Shown piece by piece: positions 20,001 through 28,834 of a stretch of DNA of 64,000 nt (position 1 is its first letter; the number at the start of each line of letters is the position of its first letter). The stretch comes from an uncultured Ruminococcus sp. (lineage in GTDB: Bacteria > Bacillota > Clostridia > Oscillospirales > Ruminococcaceae), in NCBI GenBank assembly GCA_946534605.1, contig CAMNCU010000003.1, forward strand, positions 954 through 64,953. Direction: 5' to 3'. Position numbers and translations under genes: made by a program. The notes beneath the pieces were generated by a model. It was not told the DNA's origin. It saw only the letters and a program-made list of their open reading frames with translations, and searched no databases.

Positions 20001-20304
20001 AGGCGACGGAAAGAGAACTTCCATCGCGAACTGGTTCGACCTGTCCGGCATGGGCTATACTGACGTTTCCGGACTTGGTCTGCTGAAACTCACCGGAGAA
20101 GAAAGCAAACTGCCTGGTGATGCGGATTTAAGCGGAAAAGTTGACATTCTGGATGTCATTACCGTGAACAGGGCAGTTCTCGGAAAAGAAACGCTCTCTG
20201 CACAGCAGCTGACAAATGCAGATGTCAATAAAAACAGCAAGCCGGATGCCGCAGATTCTCTGCTGATTATGAAATATATTGTCGGTCTGGTGACTGAATT
20301 CTGA
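17062..20304 (+). CDS. Endo-1,4-beta-xylanase, CBM22-CBM22-GH10-(linker domain)-CBM9-dockerin
   Basis: Signal peptide and two ~150-aa CBM22-like repeats. GH10 motifs WDVVNEA and IQVTELDV. CBM9-like region (DGKIDEIWNTAKTINIDT...). C-terminal dockerin GDADLSGKVDILDVITVNRAVLGKE...DVNKNSKPDAADSLLIMKYIVGL. Confidence 0.85.
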   Translation: MKKRRITAGIMTAAMLLSAMPVMNVAAEDVELVNDTFEEGFSTWKARTSGSTELSLSDKYANSGSKSLSVTGRTVSWNGAGASMIGTMYAGKQYTLSVAVMYDDETVGGQNQQFNLQCLYTDANGKENYKYISSVNAKVGEWSTINGTYTVPEDASNIVIYVEAATLSDFYMDDFTVKGEKIEKEAGNDGFSDNFDDGTVMKWQGRGSQTTLEVSTKYAHSGEYSLYTDGRQQLWNGATCNKALVLEAGGYYRFGCYVLYDGDEYTDTQKFSINLQYDLNGKENYYTIYTETANKGEWTYIGTECTIPEGASNMYVYVQTAYKPESAVTSQDLMGFYLDDVTGERLPDPAIQEDIASLKDIYADDFKIGCAVAGAEFTQGATKDLILKHYNSVTIGNELKPEAVLDQSATLAYMEANGGDQTNPQISLKQAAAMLKFCEDNNLDLRGHVLVWHSQTPDWFFKENYDASADFVSPEIMDKRMENYIKNVMEAIKTQYPKLNVYSWDVVNEAASDSGTMRNAGAYSQGDGSSGWVSVYGDQSYIKKAFTYARKYAPEGCKLFYNDYNEYSENKLKYIQSEILQELVDAKLIDGMGMQSHIGMSSPSIAQYETALRSYAAMGLEIQVTELDVSLRSNADEDLLALAERYRQCFDMYKRVKADGVNLSAVVLWGITDSTSWIGGYPLLFDKDYQAKAAYYAVADTSAEVQTIQTARAYIAGTSAQQAFEAQAENTIGSAGTFKVAYSQKTGELMFTINARKAGTAVLMINGGKETIDVGAGENDYAMPVSDLKAGDTVRFDISLNGENWNSLGELSESTSGKLLIAEVPAMAEAVQGTPTIDGKIDEIWNTAKTINIDTYSMGNGATGTAKILWDSKNIYVLAEVKDPVLSKASSNSYEQDTVEIFLDENNHKSTAYEADDIQVRTNFDNEKSVTDGLSTDRFTSATTKTADGYLVEFAIPSTLGGFKANQIVGFDAQVNDDGTGDGKRTSIANWFDLSGMGYTDVSGLGLLKLTGEESKLPGDADLSGKVDILDVITVNRAVLGKETLSAQQLTNADVNKNSKPDAADSLLIMKYIVGLVTEF

Positions 20305-21182
20305 TGAAAGCAAAATATAAAGCAATTTTACTGATTATCTGTTCGGCGTTCTGTTTCGCGTTTATGAATGCATTTGTACGGCTTTCGGGAGATTTGCCGT
20401 CGGTGCAGAAAAGTTTCTTCCGAAACTTTGTCGCGCTTCTGATAGCTGTCGTTGCGTGTTACAAGGACAGAAAAAACATGAACATTCCCCGGAATGGCTG
20501 GGGCTGGCTCGTTTTGAGAGCCAGCTTCGGCACACTTGGAATCTTATGCAATTTTTACGCGATTGACCATCTTGTTTTGTCTGATGCGTCTATGCTGAAT
20601 AAAATGTCACCATTTTTCACGATACTGTTTTCATGGCTTCTGCTGAAAGAAAAGCTTCGCCCGGCACAGGGTGCGGCAGTACTGACGGCATTTCTCGGCA
20701 GTCTGCTGATTGTCAAGCCTTCTCTGGACTTTACGGATTTCAAAGCTTCTCTGATAGGTCTGACGAGCGGCATCAGTGCCGGCGTTGCCTATGCCTGTGT
20801 GAGAGTGTTAGGTCAGAAGGGAGTCAACAAGAATTTTATTGTCATGTTCTTTTCGGGATTTTCATGTCTGGTAACACTGCCATGGCTGATACTGGATTTT
20901 CATCCCATGACGCTGAAACAAGTGTTGATTCTAATCGGCGCAGGCACAGCCGCCGCCGGAGGACAGTTTTCGATTACAGCGGCATACTGCCACGCACCCG
21001 CGAAAGAAATTTCTGTCTATGACTATTCGCAGATTATCTTTGCGACTTCGCTGGGATATTTATTTTTCCGGGAGATTCCGGATAAATACAGTTTTATCGG
21101 CTATGGAATCATTATTTTCGCAGCGGCGGCAATGTTCTGGTATAATAATTATTATTTAACAAAAAAGCAGTCTGAAAGCTGA
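20304..21182 (+). CDS. DMT (EamA-like) family transporter
   Basis: 292 aa, about 10 TM segments and a two-EamA-repeat architecture. The start overlaps the xylanase stop (TGATG). Confidence 0.7.
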   Translation: MKAKYKAILLIICSAFCFAFMNAFVRLSGDLPSVQKSFFRNFVALLIAVVACYKDRKNMNIPRNGWGWLVLRASFGTLGILCNFYAIDHLVLSDASMLNKMSPFFTILFSWLLLKEKLRPAQGAAVLTAFLGSLLIVKPSLDFTDFKASLIGLTSGISAGVAYACVRVLGQKGVNKNFIVMFFSGFSCLVTLPWLILDFHPMTLKQVLILIGAGTAAAGGQFSITAAYCHAPAKEISVYDYSQIIFATSLGYLFFREIPDKYSFIGYGIIIFAAAAMFWYNNYYLTKKQSES

Positions 21183-21195
21183 ACTTTCAGACTGC
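21167..21195. terminator. Bidirectional terminator between the DMT gene and pnp
   Basis: 12-bp arms GCAGTCTGAAAG and CTTTCAGACTGC, with an A-run upstream and a T-rich tract downstream. Confidence 0.7.
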
Positions 21196-21212
21196 TGAAT
21201 TTTTACAGGAAA

Positions 21213-23345
21213 TTAGCTGTTTTTCTTTTTTGCGGCGATATCGGCGAGGGCTTCTTTTCTGGAAAGATTGATTCTGCCCTGCTTGTCGATTTCGATGACT
21301 TTTACGACGATTTCATCGCCAATCTGAACAACATCTTCGACGTTTTCGACACGGCGGTTTTCCAGCTGGGAGATATGAACCAGTCCGTCCTTGCCGGGAG
21401 CGATTTCCACGAATGCGCCGAAATTCATGATTCTGACAACTTTACCCTTATAGATAGCACCGACTTCAGGGTCGTTGGCGATGGTTTCGACAATCTGGAT
21501 GGCTTTCTTGGCATTTGCCATATCGATACCGCTGACGAATACGCTGCCGTCTTCATTGATATCAATCTTGACATCGCATTCCGCGCAGATTTTCTGAATG
21601 ACTTTGCCGCCCTGACCGATAACTTCACGGATTTTGTCAACCGGAACTCTAGTCTGGAGCATCTTGGGCGCATAAGCACCGACTTCGGGACGAGGTTCCG
21701 GAATCGCTTTGAGCATGATTTCATCGAGAATATATAATCTTGCTTTTCTGGTTTTCTCGAAAGCCTGTTCGATGATAGCCGGGGTCAGACCGTCTACCTT
21801 GATATCGACCTGAATCGCTGTGATACCCTTGTGAGTACCGCCGACTTTGAAGTCCATATCTCCGAAGAAGTCTTCCAGACCCTGAATATCTACCATAGTC
21901 ATGAAGTCGTCGCTGTCCGGCAGAGTAATCAGACCGCAGGAAATACCTGCTACAGGTGCTTTAATCGGAACGCCTGCATCCATCAGTGCCAGAGTAGAAC
22001 CGCAGATAGAACCCTGAGAAGTAGAACCGTTGGAACTTAATACTTCGGAAACGAGTCTCATGGAATAGGGGAATTCTTCAACGGACGGCAGAACCGGAAC
22101 AAGTGCCTTTTCAGCGAGTGCGCCGTGACCGATTTCACGTCTGCCGGGTCCTCTGGAAGGCTTTGTTTCGCCGACGGAGTAAGACGGGAAGTTATACTGA
22201 TGCATATAACGTTTGGAAGTTTCTTCATCCAGACCGTCAATTTTCTGCGCATCGCTGACGGGTCCCAGAGTAGCCACCGTCATGACCTGTGTCTGACCTC
22301 TGGTGAAAAGTCCGGAACCGTGAACTCTCGGCAGAACACCGACTTCGGCAGCCAGAGGACGGATTTCATCAATGCCTCTGCCGTCTACGCGCTTGCCGTT
22401 ATAGAGCCAGTTACGGACAATCTTTTTCTGTAATTTATAAATGCATTCGTCAATTTTTGCGATAGTTGCATCACCGAACTGTTCCGCAAGCTTTTCATCG
22501 AAAGCGGCGTGAACTTCGTCAATAATCGGCTGCATACGTTCATCACGAACGTTCTTGTCGTTGGTATCGAGAGCGACTTTGACTTTTTCACCGACGAGGG
22601 CTTCTACAGCATCAAAGACATCATGCGGAATTTCCTGAGATTCAAACTCGAACTTCGGCTTGCCGATTTCTTTCTGAATGTCAGAGATAAAGGCAACCAT
22701 TTTCTTGATTTCTTCATGACCGGTCAGGATAGCATTGAGCATAGTTTTTTCGTCAACTTCGTTTGCACCTGCTTCAATCATGACGATTTTATTGGCACTT
22801 CCGGCAACAGTCAGAACAAGGTCATTGTTTTCTCTCTGTTCTTTGGTAGGATTGAGGACGATTTCGCCGTTCACCAGACCGACGCTGATACCTGCAATAG
22901 GTCCGTTCCACGGAATATCAGAGATAGAAATCGCGATGGAAGTTGCAATCATGCCGGTGATTTCGGGAGAGCAGTCCGGGTCAACGGAAAGTACGGTCAT
23001 GACAACAGAAACATCATTTCTCATGTCCTTGGGGAACAGAGGTCTGATAGGTCTGTCCACCATACGGGAAGTCAGGATAGCCTTTTCAGAGGGCTTGCCT
23101 TCGCGCTTGGTAAAAGAACCCGGAATCTTGCCGACAGAGTATAATCTTTCCTCATAGTCAACGGAAAGAGGGAAGAAGTCCACACCTTCACGGGGCTTGG
23201 GGCTTGCGGTGACGTTTGCCATGACAACCGTATCGCCATAGCGAACCCAGCAGGAACCATTGGAGAGCGCACAGGTCTTGCCTGTTTCTACTTTGACGGG
23301 TCTGCCTGCATAGGTTGTTTCAAAAGTTCTGTAATTTTCAAACAT
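21213..23345 (-). CDS. pnp: Polyribonucleotide nucleotidyltransferase (PNPase)
   Basis: 710 aa with two RNase PH domains plus KH and S1 domains. Sits in the classic rpsO-pnp arrangement. Confidence 0.95.
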   Translation of the reverse strand: MFENYRTFETTYAGRPVKVETGKTCALSNGSCWVRYGDTVVMANVTASPKPREGVDFFPLSVDYEERLYSVGKIPGSFTKREGKPSEKAILTSRMVDRPIRPLFPKDMRNDVSVVMTVLSVDPDCSPEITGMIATSIAISISDIPWNGPIAGISVGLVNGEIVLNPTKEQRENNDLVLTVAGSANKIVMIEAGANEVDEKTMLNAILTGHEEIKKMVAFISDIQKEIGKPKFEFESQEIPHDVFDAVEALVGEKVKVALDTNDKNVRDERMQPIIDEVHAAFDEKLAEQFGDATIAKIDECIYKLQKKIVRNWLYNGKRVDGRGIDEIRPLAAEVGVLPRVHGSGLFTRGQTQVMTVATLGPVSDAQKIDGLDEETSKRYMHQYNFPSYSVGETKPSRGPGRREIGHGALAEKALVPVLPSVEEFPYSMRLVSEVLSSNGSTSQGSICGSTLALMDAGVPIKAPVAGISCGLITLPDSDDFMTMVDIQGLEDFFGDMDFKVGGTHKGITAIQVDIKVDGLTPAIIEQAFEKTRKARLYILDEIMLKAIPEPRPEVGAYAPKMLQTRVPVDKIREVIGQGGKVIQKICAECDVKIDINEDGSVFVSGIDMANAKKAIQIVETIANDPEVGAIYKGKVVRIMNFGAFVEIAPGKDGLVHISQLENRRVENVEDVVQIGDEIVVKVIEIDKQGRINLSRKEALADIAAKKKNS

Positions 23346-23400
23346 AAAAAAATTCCTCGCTTTTCCAGCATAAATTTTTTTGTGTCAGGCAGCGTTTTTA

Positions 23401-23507
23401 GCAAAAAACCCTGCTCCGGATGACGTTCCGGAGTACGGCAGAATGCTAATAAGCCGCTGCTGACAACATGCACAGAAAGGCAGACGGCATAAAAGCCGCT
23501 GCCTTTT
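23401..23507 (-). promoter_or_regulatory. rpsO terminator(s) and structured pnp leader
   Basis: Minus-strand hairpins AAAGGCAGCGGC...GCCGTCTGCCTTT (23476..23507) and CTCCGGA-acgtca-TCCGGAG (23414..23433). The second is followed by a T6 run (23403..23408). Confidence 0.55.
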
Positions 23508-23516
23508 ATGTGTTTC

Positions 23517-23783
23517 TTACTTACGGATGCCGAGCTTTGCAATAATGGCACGGTATCTTTCGATGTCCTTCTTCTTGAGATAAGCAAGAAGGTTTCTTCT
23601 GCGACCAATCATCTTGAGCATTCCTCTTCTGGAATGATGGTCATTCTTGTGGACTTTCAGATGTTCTGTCAGGTCGTTGATACGACGTGTCAGAATAGCA
23701 ATCTGCACTTCAGGAGAACCTGTATCAGTATCATGATTGCGGTTCTGCTCGATGACAGCGGTCTTTTCTTCCTTACGCAGCAT
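23517..23783 (-). CDS. rpsO: 30S ribosomal protein S15
   Basis: 88 aa with a typical S15 sequence ([35 protein letters not shown]-like). Confidence 0.95.
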   Translation of the reverse strand: MLRKEEKTAVIEQNRNHDTDTGSPEVQIAILTRRINDLTEHLKVHKNDHHSRRGMLKMIGRRRNLLAYLKKKDIERYRAIIAKLGIRK

Positions 23784-23886
23784 TATGATTCACCCCTTTA
23801 TAATAAATTTAATTCTCCGCGAACGCAGAAAAGGGAAGGCGAAAATTCCCGTTTCGGGCATAACCCCTTAACCGGGTACGCGGAAC
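23784..23886 (-). promoter_or_regulatory. Structured rpsO 5' leader (possible S15 autoregulatory element)
   Basis: Leader of about 100 nt with TCCGCG...CGCGGA enclosing CCCG-AAA-CGGG and AAGGG...CCCTT pairings. Confidence 0.35.
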
Positions 23887-23893
23887 AATTAGT

Positions 23894-23922
23894 ATTATAC
23901 CATATTTTTTTTGATTTGTAAA
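23894..23922 (-). promoter_or_regulatory. Sigma-A-type promoter of rpsO
   Basis: Minus strand: TTTACA (23922..23917), 17-nt spacer, TGgTATAAT (-10 at 23899..23894). Confidence 0.6.
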
Positions 23923-23975
23923 GTCTTTTTTTCAAATTTTTTAAAAATTTTTTTGTTCTGAAAAAAGCCGGCTGC

Positions 23976-24650
23976 CTATAATAATATTTCGGCGTTGGTA
24001 CCGTAGAAAATATCCGGTTTTCCGGCGATTTTATCAAGCAGACGCTCCATTCTGTCCCAGTTGTGATTGCCGTCGAATTCATAGCTGTGTCCCCAGATAT
24101 AGAATATCTGTCTTTCATCCGATTCAGATGCGAGAAATGCTTCGGCAAGCGAAAACAGATTTTCATCATCATGATGACATGTCGGCAGAAACACAAGCAG
24201 ATTCTGCTGTAACGCAAAGCTATGACTTGGATGAACAATTCTGCCGTAACGGATTCCGGCAGACTTCAGGCATTCTGTCACGGTCTGGCTGTGACATCCG
24301 TAAGGATAAGCCATCCCGACCGGCACGCTGCCGAAAAGTTCCGTAAGCCTGTCACGGTCGGAGAAGATTTCCTCATGCAGTTCCGATTCGGAAAGTTCTG
24401 TCATATTTCTGTGGAATGTTCCGTGAACGGCGATTTCGTGTCCTTTGTATAAATCAATACATTCCGGAAGGTTCAGCCTGCGGACGGGCATTCCCTGATA
24501 GAGCCATTCTGTAGAATTGTCCAGCCCGGAATTCAAGTTGAAAGTGCATTTCACGCCGTACTGATTAAACAGCTTCACAAGACGGATATCCTGTTCGTTT
24601 CCGTCGTCATAGCTGAATGTGACAGCTTTCCGGAAGCGTTCCGGAATCAT
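23976..24650 (-). CDS. Polysaccharide deacetylase (CE4 family)
   Basis: 224 aa from ATG 24650 (ATGA overlap with the upstream gene). NodB-type motifs FSYDDG and HG..H. Confidence 0.7.
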   Translation of the reverse strand: MIPERFRKAVTFSYDDGNEQDIRLVKLFNQYGVKCTFNLNSGLDNSTEWLYQGMPVRRLNLPECIDLYKGHEIAVHGTFHRNMTELSESELHEEIFSDRDRLTELFGSVPVGMAYPYGCHSQTVTECLKSAGIRYGRIVHPSHSFALQQNLLVFLPTCHHDDENLFSLAEAFLASESDERQIFYIWGHSYEFDGNHNWDRMERLLDKIAGKPDIFYGTNAEILL

Positions 24651-25807
24651 CTGCAAAGTTCCTCTGCCATGGCTTCCATTTCTTTCAGGTTGGCAGACTT
24701 GACAGCGGCAGTAATTTTCACGGAAGATTCCAGCCATGTGATATTTTTAGACTTCTCGAACATGGATTTCATGACCTTAGCGGCAAGCGGTGCCCATGAG
24801 CCGTTTTCAATCAGCCCGACAGTACGGTTCTGATAATTCCGTTCTGTCAGGGATTCGATAAAGTTCCGCATTGCCGGGAAAATATCGCCGTTATAGGTTG
24901 TCGTTGCGAGGACAAGTTTTCCGTAACGGAAGGCATCTTCCACCGCTTCGGCAGCATCTTCACGGACGAGGTCACAGAGGACAACTTTCGGACAGCCTTT
25001 TTCTGTGAGTTGTTCAGCAAGGAGTTCAGCAGCTTTTTTCGTGTTGCCGTATACAGAAGTATAAGCAATCATCACGCCTTCGGATTCCACACCGTAAGAA
25101 GACCAGGTATTATATAAATCAAGATAATAATTCAGATTTTCTTTCAGAACGGGACCGTGCAGGGAACAGATTATCTGAATGTCAAGAGCGGATGCTTTTT
25201 TCAGGACAGCCTGCACCTGTGCGCCGAACTTTCCGACAATGCCGAAATAATATCTTCTGGCTTCGCAAGCCCATTCTTCCTCAACATCGAGTGCGCCGAA
25301 CTTTCCGAACGCATCGGCAGAGAACAGCACTTTGTCTGTTTTGTCATAAGTGAACATAACTTCAATCCAGTGAACCAGCGGCGCAAAGATAAACTGAAGT
25401 TCATGCTTTCCGAGAGAGAGCGTTCCGCCGTCAGTGACGACAAGTTTTCTTTCTCCGAGGTCTAAGTTCTCGAAATATTCGCCGAGCATTTTGAATGTCT
25501 TTGCATTGCCGACAGCAACCGTTTCCGGATATTCTTCCAGAAATGCCATGATATTGGCAGAATGGTCAGGCTCCATATGCTGAATTATCAGATAATCGGG
25601 CTTTCTGTCTCCGAGTGCTTCTTTCAGATTGGCAAGCCATTCCTCTTTGAAATTGCCGTCTACAGTATCGAACACGGCAATTTTCTCATCCAGAATCACA
25701 TAAGAATTATATGCCATGCCGTTAGGAACAGTATACTGTCCCTCGAACAGGTCAATCTGATGGTCATTCACACCGATATAGGCGATATCTTCTGTAATCT
25801 TTGTCAT
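24647..25807 (-). CDS. FprA-type flavodiiron protein (metallo-beta-lactamase-like plus flavodoxin domains)
   Basis: 386 aa with the diiron motif HMEPDHS and a C-terminal flavodoxin-like half (IAYTSVYGNTKKAAE). Confidence 0.8.
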   Translation of the reverse strand: MTKITEDIAYIGVNDHQIDLFEGQYTVPNGMAYNSYVILDEKIAVFDTVDGNFKEEWLANLKEALGDRKPDYLIIQHMEPDHSANIMAFLEEYPETVAVGNAKTFKMLGEYFENLDLGERKLVVTDGGTLSLGKHELQFIFAPLVHWIEVMFTYDKTDKVLFSADAFGKFGALDVEEEWACEARRYYFGIVGKFGAQVQAVLKKASALDIQIICSLHGPVLKENLNYYLDLYNTWSSYGVESEGVMIAYTSVYGNTKKAAELLAEQLTEKGCPKVVLCDLVREDAAEAVEDAFRYGKLVLATTTYNGDIFPAMRNFIESLTERNYQNRTVGLIENGSWAPLAAKVMKSMFEKSKNITWLESSVKITAAVKSANLKEMEAMAEELCR

Positions 25808-25894
25808 AAAAAATCCTTCTTTCTGAAATGATATATTTTATATTTTAGCATAAAATCCGGTTGATGTCAATGAATTTTTTGTGAAAAATACAGA

Positions 25895-25923
25895 TTGACA
25901 AAACAAATAAATCATGCTATCAT
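25895..25923 (+). promoter_or_regulatory. Sigma-A-type promoter
   Basis: TTGACA (25895..25900), 17-nt spacer, TATCAT (25918..25923). Confidence 0.5.
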
Positions 25924-25960
25924 AGTGTAAATAATATTTACGTCAGAGAGAAGTGACCTT

Positions 25961-26461
25961 ATGGAGAACTATCAGTTATGGCTCACACCGGAGCAGAAAA
26001 ATCAGCTTTTGAATTATATCAAAGACAGAAGATATCATTTTATGCTGTTGCTGTATCTTGCGCTGATAATTTCTGTTGTGCTGAACGCAGTCAATCTGGC
26101 GGATTTGCTGACTGTCAGAATGTATCTGATACTGGAACCGCATCTGCTTGTTCCGTGGGTCGTTTCCACGGTGGGATTTATATTTCTGTTCTTTCACGGC
26201 ATGGGAAACATCTTCTGGAAAAATTCTGATTATGACTGCCTGAAACATGACAACTATACGCTTGATATCCGCGAGTACGCCGGGAAACTCCCGGATTCCG
26301 GAAAATATCCGTATTTTGTAAAGGCAGCTGACGGAAATTCCTATCAGTGTACCGCATTTATGGACTGGAAACGCGCTCATGACGGCGATATGCTCATCTG
26401 TATCGAACTGAAAAACGGTCAGAAATATGCGTTATTGCAGAAAGTCAGCCTTGAAAAATAA
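25961..26461 (+). CDS. Membrane protein, paralog 1 of a tandem pair
   Basis: 166 aa. N-terminus YQLWLTPEQKNQLLNYIKDRRY, two TM segments, C-terminus FWKNSDYDCLKHDNYTLDIREYAGKLPDSGKYPYF. Confidence 0.5.
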   Translation: MENYQLWLTPEQKNQLLNYIKDRRYHFMLLLYLALIISVVLNAVNLADLLTVRMYLILEPHLLVPWVVSTVGFIFLFFHGMGNIFWKNSDYDCLKHDNYTLDIREYAGKLPDSGKYPYFVKAADGNSYQCTAFMDWKRAHDGDMLICIELKNGQKYALLQKVSLEK

Positions 26462-26474
26462 GGGGGAAACCTGT

Positions 26475-26984
26475 ATGAACTATCAGTTATGGCTTCTGCC
26501 GGAACAGAAAAATCAGCTTCTGGAATATATCAAAGACAGAAGATACAAGCTTATGATTACAATGTATTGTTCGCTGATTGCATCTATCTTGCTGATTCCG
26601 CCGGCAGTATGGGAGTTTCATGATATCGAACGGCAGATTATGGTACGGTATCATTCCAAGGGAGACAGCGCAGGGATGATTATCCTGCTGCTGCTGTGGT
26701 CGGCTTTCACATTTCTGGTGAATTTTGTCCGCGGTGTCGGAAAGGATTTCTGGAAAAATTCCGACTATGACTGCTTAAAACATGATGCCTATACGCTCGA
26801 TATCCGCGAATGTTCCGGAAAACTCCCGGATTCCGGAAAATATCCCTATTTCATTACCGATTCTGACGGGAATGCTTATCAGTGCTGTATGAAGTTTCTG
26901 GAATGGAAAAATCTCCCGGCAGGGGAGGAACTCCTCTGTGTCACACTCCGCAACGGGCAGAAATTCGCGCTGTTACAGGCTTGA
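26475..26984 (+). CDS. Membrane protein, paralog 2 of a tandem pair
   Basis: 169 aa from ATG 26475. It shares the same N- and C-terminal blocks as 25961..26461. Confidence 0.5.
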   Translation: MNYQLWLLPEQKNQLLEYIKDRRYKLMITMYCSLIASILLIPPAVWEFHDIERQIMVRYHSKGDSAGMIILLLLWSAFTFLVNFVRGVGKDFWKNSDYDCLKHDAYTLDIRECSGKLPDSGKYPYFITDSDGNAYQCCMKFLEWKNLPAGEELLCVTLRNGQKFALLQA

Positions 26985-27053
26985 CATTTCCCGAATTCTG
27001 TGCTATACTAGAAAGCAGAAAAGATGACATCAAGAATTCAAGGAGAGGTATTT

Positions 27054-27992
27054 ATGAGAAAAAAATTATTGCTGATAACTGCATTCTGTCTCTGTGCGCT
27101 GACGCTCGCCGGATGCGGCGGAAAGAATAATTCTACAGCAGAAACTTCATCTTCCGAAGCCACGGCAGAAACACAGAGTATCGACAGGGAAGCCGTTCCG
27201 TTTGAACAAACTGTCGGTGTCTGGACTTATGGAACTGATATCATTTTCCATTCCGCGGACGGAAACCGCTATCAGCTGAAAGAAGACAGTTCCGGCACAG
27301 TGCAGGACAAGAACGGGAAAACCTATACGGTTTCCGAATGCGAATATAAACTGCTGAAAATCATGAACCTGACAGAGGATAACATCAACGTCAGGGAAGG
27401 CAGATATTCTGCAAAGTTCCTCGGCAGTGTGGATTATCCGGACGGCTATAAAACGATGATTATCAGCTATCAGAAATCTGATTTGTTCGATATCGAAAAA
27501 CTGGAAGAAGCTGTCAAGGGCGGTGTAACTCCGGCAGATGCCGAAACAGAATCGGAATCACAGACCGAAACCGAAACCCAGCCTTCCGAAACAGAATCCG
27601 AAACTACTACAGAAGCCCCCACAGAAACGGAAACAGAACTGGAATCTGTCACAGAAACTCAGCCCTCCGAATCAGCAACTGAAACCGAAACGGAAACTTC
27701 TGCGGATGCTTCCGAAAAAACAGAAGCTTCCGAAATTCCGGCTGATGCCGAATATGCTGCTATTTACAAGAAAGTACAGGATTTCCTCGAAACAGATAAC
27801 TACAAGCAGAAAGACGCCGGCAACCGTTCTCTTGAAATTTTCAATTATCTGCATAATCTGGCAGATTCCAATATTGAAGAAGCTTCTATCACAAACGATA
27901 CCGCCAAAAATGAAGTCAGCTTCAAGTGCTATGAAAAATATACAATTACCGTCAATAATACAGAAGGTACTATCACCGTCAGCGAAAACTGA
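27054..27992 (+). CDS. Lipoprotein with an acidic Thr/Glu/Ser-rich linker, function unknown
   Basis: ATG 27054, lipobox LTLAGC, central ETESESQTETETQPSETESETTTEAPTETETE linker. Confidence 0.55.
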   Translation: MRKKLLLITAFCLCALTLAGCGGKNNSTAETSSSEATAETQSIDREAVPFEQTVGVWTYGTDIIFHSADGNRYQLKEDSSGTVQDKNGKTYTVSECEYKLLKIMNLTEDNINVREGRYSAKFLGSVDYPDGYKTMIISYQKSDLFDIEKLEEAVKGGVTPADAETESESQTETETQPSETESETTTEAPTETETELESVTETQPSESATETETETSADASEKTEASEIPADAEYAAIYKKVQDFLETDNYKQKDAGNRSLEIFNYLHNLADSNIEEASITNDTAKNEVSFKCYEKYTITVNNTEGTITVSEN

Positions 27993-28006
27993 ACATCAAA
28001 ACAAAG

Positions 28007-28033
28007 CCCCTCTTTCCGGAACAGAAAGAGGGG
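28007..28033. terminator. Bidirectional terminator between convergent genes
   Basis: Arms CCCCTCTTTC and GAAAGAGGGG. Confidence 0.65.
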
Positions 28034-28048
28034 ATAATTTTATTCATA

Positions 28049-28834
28049 TCAGCTTAATCTAACCCATCCGGCACCGGATTTGAGCTTGCCCCACTTTACT
28101 CCGGCGGAATCTGTCATTTCCTGTACAATTGTGAAAGAACCATTAGAACCGATTGTGCCGTTGGAACTGCCGTTCGGACTGGAATAAATCGTAGCAGAAC
28201 CGCTCAGAGATACTACATAGTTGGTACTTGTGATAGTGCCGTCACCGGGCGTATTCTGTGCCACAGTCGTTGTGACTGTTGTGGCATTGCTTCCATTGCC
28301 GGCAGTGGTCAGCGGCGGTGCGAGGGTTGCAATTCCTGAATAAGGGTCTGTTGTCGCAACATAGACCGGAGTCGGGCTGTCAGGTCTTGCACCTGTTGTC
28401 GTATACTGTGCAGACGGTGTCACTGCGCCGGGAGCGGTCGTTTCTCCGGGAACAGCAGGTTCTCCGCCGGGTGCTGTTTCACCTGGCATAGTTTCCGGCG
28501 GTATCGTATCAGAATAAGTAATTTCTTCTGTGGTAGCAAGAGAAGGGTCGAGTACTTCTGCCGGAATCGTTTCTGTTTCCGTATTGCCGTGATTCGGGTC
28601 GACAGTAGTAGCAATGGTTTCTCCGTTTTCTTCCGTAGGTACCTGAATCTGAATTACATTTTCCTGCGGATTGGTATTTTCACCGTGACCGAGGCTCATG
28701 AATGCCGCTACCAGAAGCGCGACAATCACCAGAAACAGCAGGAAAATCAGCACAATTCTGGTGACTTCAGAATCCATCTGAAATTTTTTTCCGCCATTTT
28801 TCTGGCTGCCTTTCTTTGATGCTTGACTTGACAT
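28049..28834 (-). CDS. Membrane-anchored Pro/Thr-rich protein with a C-terminal SH3b-like domain
   Basis: One TM segment (IVLIFLLFLVIVALLVAAFMSL), a P/T-rich spacer, and the C-terminus ATIYSSPNGSS...VKWGKLKSGAGWVRL. Confidence 0.5.
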   Translation of the reverse strand: MSSQASKKGSQKNGGKKFQMDSEVTRIVLIFLLFLVIVALLVAAFMSLGHGENTNPQENVIQIQVPTEENGETIATTVDPNHGNTETETIPAEVLDPSLATTEEITYSDTIPPETMPGETAPGGEPAVPGETTAPGAVTPSAQYTTTGARPDSPTPVYVATTDPYSGIATLAPPLTTAGNGSNATTVTTTVAQNTPGDGTITSTNYVVSLSGSATIYSSPNGSSNGTIGSNGSFTIVQEMTDSAGVKWGKLKSGAGWVRLS

